This document shows, piece after piece, positions 58,107-64,000 of a DNA stretch of 64,000 bases. The stretch is from Deferrisomatales bacterium (GTDB taxonomy: Bacteria > Desulfobacterota > Deferrisomatia > Deferrisomatales > JACRMM01): assembly GCA_033551855.1 (NCBI GenBank), contig JAWSUI010000003.1, positions 96,772 through 160,771 on the forward strand, in the 5' to 3' direction. The notes below the pieces were generated by a model, which saw nothing but the letters and a program-made list of their open reading frames with translations, did not search any database and had not been told where the DNA came from. A program made the position numbers and the translations under genes. The stretch's first letter is position 1. Each line of letters begins with the position of its first letter.

Positions 58107-59786
58107 ATGACACAGCAGGTTTCCGTCAGCCCCGAAGGGGAGGCCTTCCCCCTTCCCACCCCCGAGGACTACGTCCGGGAGCGCGAGCGCCTGCAGACGC
58201 TCGCGGCCCAGCAACGGGCCCTGGGGAGGGAGGTCGTGGTCGTGGTGGGGGTGGGGTTCGTGGGGGCGGTGATGGCCGCGGTGGTGGCCGACGCGGAAGA
58301 CGCCGCCGGCAACCCGACCAAGTTCGTGATCGGGATGCAGCGCCCCAGCCCCCGGAGCTACTGGAAGATCCCCCTGCTCAACCAGGGGCTCTCGCCGGTG
58401 AAGTCCGAGGACCCCGAGGTCGACCCGATGATCGCCCGCTGCGTTCGGGACAAGGGCACCTTGACCGCCACCTTCACCTACGACGCCCTCAAGCTCGCCG
58501 ACGTGGTGGTGGTCGACGTCCAGTGCGACTACCTGAAGGAGGAGCTCGGCAACGTGCGCAACGGGCGCGCCGACATGGACGCCCTGGAGCAGTCCCTGGA
58601 GGTGATCGCCGAGCACATCCCGCCCGCCGCCCTCGTGCTCATCGAGACGACGGTGGCCCCGGGGACCACGGAGCAGGTCGCCTACCCGATCATGAGCAAG
58701 GTCTTCCGCCGGCGGGGGATCGCCGCCGAGCCCCTCCTGGCTCACAGCTACGAGCGGGTGATGCCCGGTCGGGAGTACGTGAACAGCATCCGGAACTTCT
58801 GGCGCGTGTGCAGCGGCATCAACGACGAGGCGAGGGAACGGGTCGTCCGCTTCCTGAACGACGTGCTCAACACCCGGGACTTCCCCCTCACCGTGCTGGA
58901 CCGCCCCATCGAGTCCGAGACCGCCAAGATCGTGGAGAACAGCTACCGCGCCACGATCCTCGCGTTCCTGGACGAGTGGAGCCTGTTTGCGGAGCGCAAC
59001 GGCGTGGACCTGGTCAAGGTCATCGGGGCGATCAAGGTGCGGCCGACCCACTCCAACATGATCTTCCCGGGGCCGGGGATCGGGGGCTACTGCCTGCCCA
59101 AGGACGGGGGGCTCGGGGTGTGGGCGTACCGGCACATCCACGGGTTCGAGGACGACATCTTCCGCATCACGCCGCTGGCGATAGACGTCAACGACACCCG
59201 GGCGCTCCACGTGGCCCAGCTCGTCCGCGACGCCCTGCGCAACATGAGCCGGCCGGTGGCCGCCGCCGACATCGTGGTGCTCGGCGCGTCCTACCGCGAA
59301 GACGTGGGGGACACCCGGTACTCGGGTTCCGAGCTGCTCATCCGGCGACTGACCGAGATGGGGGCCGAGCCCCGGGTCCACGACCCCTACGTCCAGCACT
59401 GGTGGGAGTTCGAGAAGCAGGAGGAGTACCCCTCCGCCGAGTACAGCTGGAAGCGGTTCTTCCGGAACCAGGACAAGCTCTCCGAGCTCCGGGTGGAGCA
59501 GGACCTGGCCAAAGCCCTCTCGGGAGCCGACGCCGTGGTCTTCGCCGTGCGGCACGAGGCCTACCTCGACCTGGAGCCCGACTGGGTCGTGGAGACCGCA
59601 GGCGGCCCCGTGGCCGTGATCGACTGCTTCGGGGTTCTGGACGACGACCGGATTCGGCGCTACTTCGAGCTCGGTTGCGAGGTCAAGGGCCTGGGGCGCG
59701 GCCACGTGAAGCGGATCAAGGACCAGGTCCGCGCCGAGCGGGACGCAGCGCTCCTCGCCGGGAGGAAGGATGTCCCGGGAGCCTGA
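58107..59786 (+). CDS. Nucleotide-sugar dehydrogenase (UDP-glucose/GDP-mannose dehydrogenase family)
   Basis: GVGFVG, ETTVAPGTT, ERVMPG, KIVENSYR, PGIGGYCLPKD, DVGDTRYS; AAGGAGG RBS. Confidence 0.9.
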   Translation: MTQQVSVSPEGEAFPLPTPEDYVRERERLQTLAAQQRALGREVVVVVGVGFVGAVMAAVVADAEDAAGNPTKFVIGMQRPSPRSYWKIPLLNQGLSPVKSEDPEVDPMIARCVRDKGTLTATFTYDALKLADVVVVDVQCDYLKEELGNVRNGRADMDALEQSLEVIAEHIPPAALVLIETTVAPGTTEQVAYPIMSKVFRRRGIAAEPLLAHSYERVMPGREYVNSIRNFWRVCSGINDEARERVVRFLNDVLNTRDFPLTVLDRPIESETAKIVENSYRATILAFLDEWSLFAERNGVDLVKVIGAIKVRPTHSNMIFPGPGIGGYCLPKDGGLGVWAYRHIHGFEDDIFRITPLAIDVNDTRALHVAQLVRDALRNMSRPVAAADIVVLGASYREDVGDTRYSGSELLIRRLTEMGAEPRVHDPYVQHWWEFEKQEEYPSAEYSWKRFFRNQDKLSELRVEQDLAKALSGADAVVFAVRHEAYLDLEPDWVVETAGGPVAVIDCFGVLDDDRIRRYFELGCEVKGLGRGHVKRIKDQVRAERDAALLAGRKDVPGA

Positions 59787-59833
59787 GCCTCCGGCGCGCC
59801 CGGGGCCGCCGGTAGGGCAAGCGGTTGGGCCGG

Positions 59834-60448
59834 TCAGGAGGCCGACCCCTGCCCCCGGGCGCAAGGGATGCACAGGTCCCTTCCCTCGGAGCGCAGCAGC
59901 CGGCCCACCATGACCGGCTCCCCGCAGGACGCGCAGGAGAGACTGGGAGCGATCCGGGCCGGAGCCGGGAGGGGCTCCAAAGGGGCCCCGACCTCGAAGA
60001 GGGTTTCCAGGTCCCCCTCCAGGATTGCCCGGGATGCCTGGTCACGGGTCTCACTCCACAGCGCCTCCTCCGACGGGGTCAGCCCCCCTTCCTGCCGCTT
60101 CTCCTGCAGGCGAGCCAGGGTCTCCCCGGCCTCCCCGAGGGCCCCCGGCCGGGCGAGAAGCCGGGCCGCCCTGCCGTCCCGGCGGCGGTAGAACGAGAAC
60201 GCCCGCTTCCCGTAGTCCCGGTGGAGGAGGTTGCCCTTCCCCAGGGTGCACCCCACCAGGGCCTGCACGGCGTCGACGGCGCACATGTCCGTCTCCACCA
60301 CCGCGACCACCTCCTCGTCCACGGACCCTCCGAGCTCCGCCAGGGCCCACTCGGCGGCGCGGATCCCCAGGGCCAGGCCGGGGCACCAGTGGCCGTGGAG
60401 CTCCACGGCCCTTCGGATGAGGTCCGGGCTCAGGGCGCAGGCGGGCAT
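59834..60448 (-). CDS. FmdE-family protein with C-terminal zinc finger
   Basis: HGHWCPGLALG, ETDMCAVDAVQ..GCTLGKGNL, C..CGE...CIPC. Confidence 0.88.
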   Translation of the reverse strand: MPACALSPDLIRRAVELHGHWCPGLALGIRAAEWALAELGGSVDEEVVAVVETDMCAVDAVQALVGCTLGKGNLLHRDYGKRAFSFYRRRDGRAARLLARPGALGEAGETLARLQEKRQEGGLTPSEEALWSETRDQASRAILEGDLETLFEVGAPLEPLPAPARIAPSLSCASCGEPVMVGRLLRSEGRDLCIPCARGQGSAS

Positions 60449-60769
60449 CGGGTCCTCCCCGTTCGCGTTGCCGGCCTCCCCGCGCAGGGGGAACGCCGCG
60501 TCCGCGGATGAGGCTACCGCTCCCCGCCGGCGGCCGCAACCGAACGACGCACCCCTGGAATCCCGGCTGGTCGGCATGCGGAGTCCGGGAGCCCCTGGGC
60601 TTCGTTCCGGAGACCGCGGCCTCCCGGGAGGTGAAACGTACGGCGGAGCCCCGAAGGAGAAGAGAGGGCCGGACCCGGCGCGGCCGGGCCCTGTGGCGGC
60701 CTCCCCACTCCCGGGTAAGCTTCTTGGCGCGCCCGGCCGTGCGAATGCAACCTGGGAAAGGAGGGCCCC

Positions 60770-62062
60770 GTGGACGCCGACCGTCTCTCGAAGGCGAAAT
60801 CCCACCTGACCCCTGCCCTGGTGGTCCACACCGACCTCCTCGTCCGCCGGGCCGAGGGGGCGACCGTGGAGGATGCGTCCGGCCGGCGCTATCTCGACTT
60901 CACCTCCGGCCTCGCGACGACCAACACGGGCCACAACCACCCCCGGGTCGTGGAGGCGGTGCGCCGGCAGGCCGAGCGCCTCCTCCACGGGGGGTGCATC
61001 TTCTACCACGAGCCGCTCCTGGAGCTCTGTGAGGCGCTGGCCCGCATCACCCCGCCGGGGATCGACCGCTTCTTCTTCAGCAACTCGGGCGCGGAGGCGG
61101 TGGAAGGAGCGATCAAGCTGTCCCGCTTCCACACCGGCCGCCAGGGGGTGCTGGCTTTCGCCCCCTCCTTCCACGGCCGAACGCTGGGCGCCCTTAGCCT
61201 CACGGCCTCCACGGCCCGCTACCGCCGCGGCTACAGCCCCCTGCTGCCCGGGGTGCACCACGGGGCCTACCCCTACTGCTACCGCTGCCCCCTCGGCCAG
61301 GTGCCGGCATCCTGCGGGCAGGCGTGCCGGGAGCACCTGGACTGGCTCTTCCGGCACGTGGTGACCCCGGAGGAGCTGGCCTGCGTGGTCGTGGAGCCGG
61401 TGCTGGGGGAGGGAGGCTACGCGGTGCCCCCGCCGGGTTTCCTCCGCCACTTGCGGGAGCTCTGCGACCGCTGGGGCATCCTCCTGGTGTGCGACGAGGT
61501 CCAATCGGGCATGGGGCGCACGGGCCGTTGGCTCGCCTGCGAGCACTCCGGCGTGGTCCCGGACGTGGTCACCCTGGCGAAGGGGATCGCGTCGGGCCTG
61601 CCCCTCAGCGCGGTGGCCGCTCGTCGGGAAATCATGGACCGGTGGCCCCCCGGCGCCCACGGCACCACCTTCGGAGGAAACCCCCTCTCCTGCGCGGCCG
61701 CGGTGGCCACCATCGAGGCGATCGAGCAGGATGGCCTCCTGGAGAACGCGACGTCCCTGGGGCAGCGGGCCCTGGCCCGCCTCGCCGAGATGCAGCGCAG
61801 GCACCCCTGCGTGGGGGACGTGCGGGGCGTCGGCCTGATGATCGGCGTCGAGCTCGCCAGCCTGGGGAAGGAACCCTTTCCGGAGGGGGTTCGAAGGGTT
61901 CAGGCCCACGCCCTGGAGAAGGGTCTCCTCCTCCTCGAGTGCGGGAGGGACAAGAGCGTGCTGCGGCTCGCGCCGCCCCTCGTGCTCCGCCCGGAGGAGT
62001 TCGACCGGGGGCTGGACATCCTGGAAGAGGGCCTGGGCGGTCTCGGCACGGAGGCCCTGTGA
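60770..62062 (+). CDS. Class III PLP aminotransferase (ornithine/4-aminobutyrate type)
   Basis: NSGAEAVE, FHGRT, EPVLGEGG, DEVQSGMGRTG, AKGIASG, HGTTFGGNP. Confidence 0.92.
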   Translation: MDADRLSKAKSHLTPALVVHTDLLVRRAEGATVEDASGRRYLDFTSGLATTNTGHNHPRVVEAVRRQAERLLHGGCIFYHEPLLELCEALARITPPGIDRFFFSNSGAEAVEGAIKLSRFHTGRQGVLAFAPSFHGRTLGALSLTASTARYRRGYSPLLPGVHHGAYPYCYRCPLGQVPASCGQACREHLDWLFRHVVTPEELACVVVEPVLGEGGYAVPPPGFLRHLRELCDRWGILLVCDEVQSGMGRTGRWLACEHSGVVPDVVTLAKGIASGLPLSAVAARREIMDRWPPGAHGTTFGGNPLSCAAAVATIEAIEQDGLLENATSLGQRALARLAEMQRRHPCVGDVRGVGLMIGVELASLGKEPFPEGVRRVQAHALEKGLLLLECGRDKSVLRLAPPLVLRPEEFDRGLDILEEGLGGLGTEAL

Positions 62063-63423
62063 CCGAGCGGCGGCGGGCGGTCATCCTGGGGGCTGCCGGC
62101 CGGGACTTCCACAACTTCAACGTGGTCTTCCGCTCCGACCCGGCGTTGGAGGTGGTGGCCTTCACGGCGACCCAGATCCCCTTCGCCGAGGACCGGACGT
62201 ACCCCCCCGAGCTCGCCGGGCCCCGGTACCCGCGGGGAATCCCCATCCGGCCCGAGGCGGAGCTCGAAGAGCTGATCCGGCGGCACCGGGCCGACCTCGC
62301 CGTCTTCGCCTACAGCGACGTCTCCCACGAGCACGTGATGCACCGGGCTTCGCAGGTCCTGGCGCTGGGGGCGGACTTCTGGCTCCTGGGCCCCGACCGC
62401 ACCATGCTCCCGGCGCGCCGGCCGGTGATCTCCGTCTGCGCGGTGCGCACGGGGTGCGGCAAGTCGGCGGTAGCCCGATACGTGGTGAAACTCTGCCGGG
62501 AGAGGGGGCTTCGCACCGCGGTGCTGCGCCACCCCATGCCCTACGGCGACCTCCTGGCCGAGCGCTCCCAGCGCTTCCGGACACCGGAGGACCTGGACCG
62601 GGCCTCGTGCACCGTGGAGGAGCGCGAGGAGTACGAGCTCCACCTGCGGGCCGGGGCCACGGTCTACGCGGGGGTGGACTACGCTGAGGTGCTCCGGGCC
62701 GCCGAGGCCGAGGCCGACGTGCTCGTGTGGGACGGGGGGAACAACGACTTCCCCTTCCTGCGGCCCGACCTGGAGCTCGTCGTCCTCGACCCCCACAGGC
62801 CCGGCCACGAGCTCGCCTACCACCCCGGTGAGACGAACCTGCGCCGGGCGGGGGTCGCGGTGGTGAACAAGATCGACACCGCCCGGCCCGAGGACGTGGC
62901 CGCGGTGGAGGCGAACGTGCGTGCGGCAAACCCCCGGGCGGCGATCGTCCGCCTGGCCTCGCCCCTCGCCGTGGAGACGCCCGAGGCACTGCGCGGCCGC
63001 CGGGTGCTCGCGGTGGAGGACGGCCCCACCCTGACCCACGGGGGAATGGCCTACGGCGCGGCCACCCTGGCGGCCCGGCAACTCGGGGCGGCGGAGCTCG
63101 TGGACCCGCGCCCCCACGCCCAGGGCTCCCTGCGGGAGGCCTACCGGGAGTACCCCCACCTGGGCAGGGTCCTCCCGGCCCTGGGCTACTCCCCCGAGCA
63201 ACTCCGGGAGCTTCGGGAGACCATCGAGGCGACCCCCTGCGACCTCGTCCTCGTGGGAACGCCGGTGGACCTTCCGCGGCTCCTCGGACTCACCGTGCCC
63301 GCCGTGCGGGTGCGCTACGAGGTGGAGGAGGCGGGGGGGCCCACGCTGCGCGGGCACGTGGAGCGGTTCCTCGACGCCACCGTCGCCGCACCCCCTTGGC
63401 CGGCCGGGCAGGAGGGGGCGTGA
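62059..63423 (+). CDS. cDPG-synthetase-family P-loop enzyme, probably arginine synthetase (ArcE-like)
   Basis: GAAGRDFHNFN, AFTATQIP, AVRTGCGKS, RHPMPYGDL, EEREEYE, WDGGNND, EDGPTLTHGGM; coupled to carbamate kinase. Confidence 0.75.
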   Translation: MTERRRAVILGAAGRDFHNFNVVFRSDPALEVVAFTATQIPFAEDRTYPPELAGPRYPRGIPIRPEAELEELIRRHRADLAVFAYSDVSHEHVMHRASQVLALGADFWLLGPDRTMLPARRPVISVCAVRTGCGKSAVARYVVKLCRERGLRTAVLRHPMPYGDLLAERSQRFRTPEDLDRASCTVEEREEYELHLRAGATVYAGVDYAEVLRAAEAEADVLVWDGGNNDFPFLRPDLELVVLDPHRPGHELAYHPGETNLRRAGVAVVNKIDTARPEDVAAVEANVRAANPRAAIVRLASPLAVETPEALRGRRVLAVEDGPTLTHGGMAYGAATLAARQLGAAELVDPRPHAQGSLREAYREYPHLGRVLPALGYSPEQLRELRETIEATPCDLVLVGTPVDLPRLLGLTVPAVRVRYEVEEAGGPTLRGHVERFLDATVAAPPWPAGQEGA

Positions 63424-64000
63424 GCGGCCGCCGGCCCGCCCCCCTCTACGTCGTCTCCCTCGGGGGCAACGCCCTCCTGCGCCGGGGGGAGTCGGGCACC
63501 ATCGAGGAGCAGTTCGAGCACGCCCGGGCCTGCACCGCCCAGATCTCCCGGATGCTCCGGGAGGGCCGGCGGGTCGTGGTCACCCACGGCAACGGCCCCA
63601 TCGTGGGCAACATCGTCATCCGCAACGAGGCCGCACGCAACACCGTGCCCCCCATGCCGCTCTACATCTGCGACGCCGACTCCGAGGGGGGCATCGGCTT
63701 CATGATCCAGCAGACCCTCTACAACCACCTGAGGCGCCACGACCGGGCGCGGGACGTGGTCACCCTCATCACACAGGTGGTCGTGGATCCGGGCGACCCG
63801 GCGTTCGGCGAACCCACCAAGCCCATCGGCCCCTGGTACACGGCCGCGGAGGCAGCCCGGCTAGATGCCGAGAAGGGCTGGCGGGTCGTGCGGGCCGGTC
63901 CCGGGGGGGCGGAGGATCGAGCGCGGGCCTACCGGCGGGTCGTGCCTTCTCCGCGCCCCCTGCGCTTCGTGGAGGCGGCCGTGATCCGCCGGCTCGCCCG
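63420..64000 (+). CDS. arcC: Carbamate kinase (3' end outside window)
   Basis: Manual translation from GTG at 63420: VVSLGGNAL, THGNGP.VG, PPMPL, DPAF..PTKPIGP, YRRVVPSP.P. Confidence 0.92.
   Translation, partial: MSGRRPAPLYVVSLGGNALLRRGESGTIEEQFEHARACTAQISRMLREGRRVVVTHGNGPIVGNIVIRNEAARNTVPPMPLYICDADSEGGIGFMIQQTLYNHLRRHDRARDVVTLITQVVVDPGDPAFGEPTKPIGPWYTAAEAARLDAEKGWRVVRAGPGGAEDRARAYRRVVPSPRPLRFVEAAVIRRLA

Noticed and set aside
60733..60750. Sigma54 promoter before the aminotransferase (GG-N10-GC)
   Set aside because: Poor -24 match and too close to the start codon to support.

Overview
High-GC bacterial window, probably from a deltaproteobacterium (Desulfobacterota/Deferrisoma-like). The lineage is inferred from the ribF-aroE-pilB-pilT-pilC-pilS-pilR gene order and was not searched. 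Left to right: (1) 1-13.1 kb, a minus-strand catabolic cluster (sigma54 activator, glutaryl-CoA-dehydrogenase-like ACAD, CoA ligase, atypical thiolase, IorAB, TRAP transporter, USP). (2) 13.6-25.5 kb, ribF, aroE and the type IV pilus core, followed by a TfpZ/FimB-like accessory gene and a TMTC-like GT-C/TPR glycosyltransferase. (3) 25.6-44.3 kb, a convergent, more AT-rich cassette: three pilins behind a sigma54 promoter, then a glycan operon (GT2, four GT4, Wzx, methyltransferase, AsnB, heparinase II/III-like, bi-domain oxidoreductase, two membrane-anchored transglutaminase-like paralogs). (4) 44.35-46.2 kb, a hotspot of small elements: a GIY-YIG gene inside CGTC-type REP palindromes with a candidate target-site duplication, a (GGGTTAT)n tract, a truncated ORF, and a four-helix-bundle gene enclosed by ~50-bp nonamer-built inverted repeats. 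(5) 46.2-64 kb, housekeeping genes (radical SAM, EtfAB-ACAD, CLC, UvrD, nucleotide-sugar dehydrogenase, FmdE), ending in an aminotransferase / arginine-synthetase-like / carbamate kinase operon. A 209-bp MITE with 8-bp TSDs occurs twice. All product calls come from motif recognition by eye; no database searches were run.
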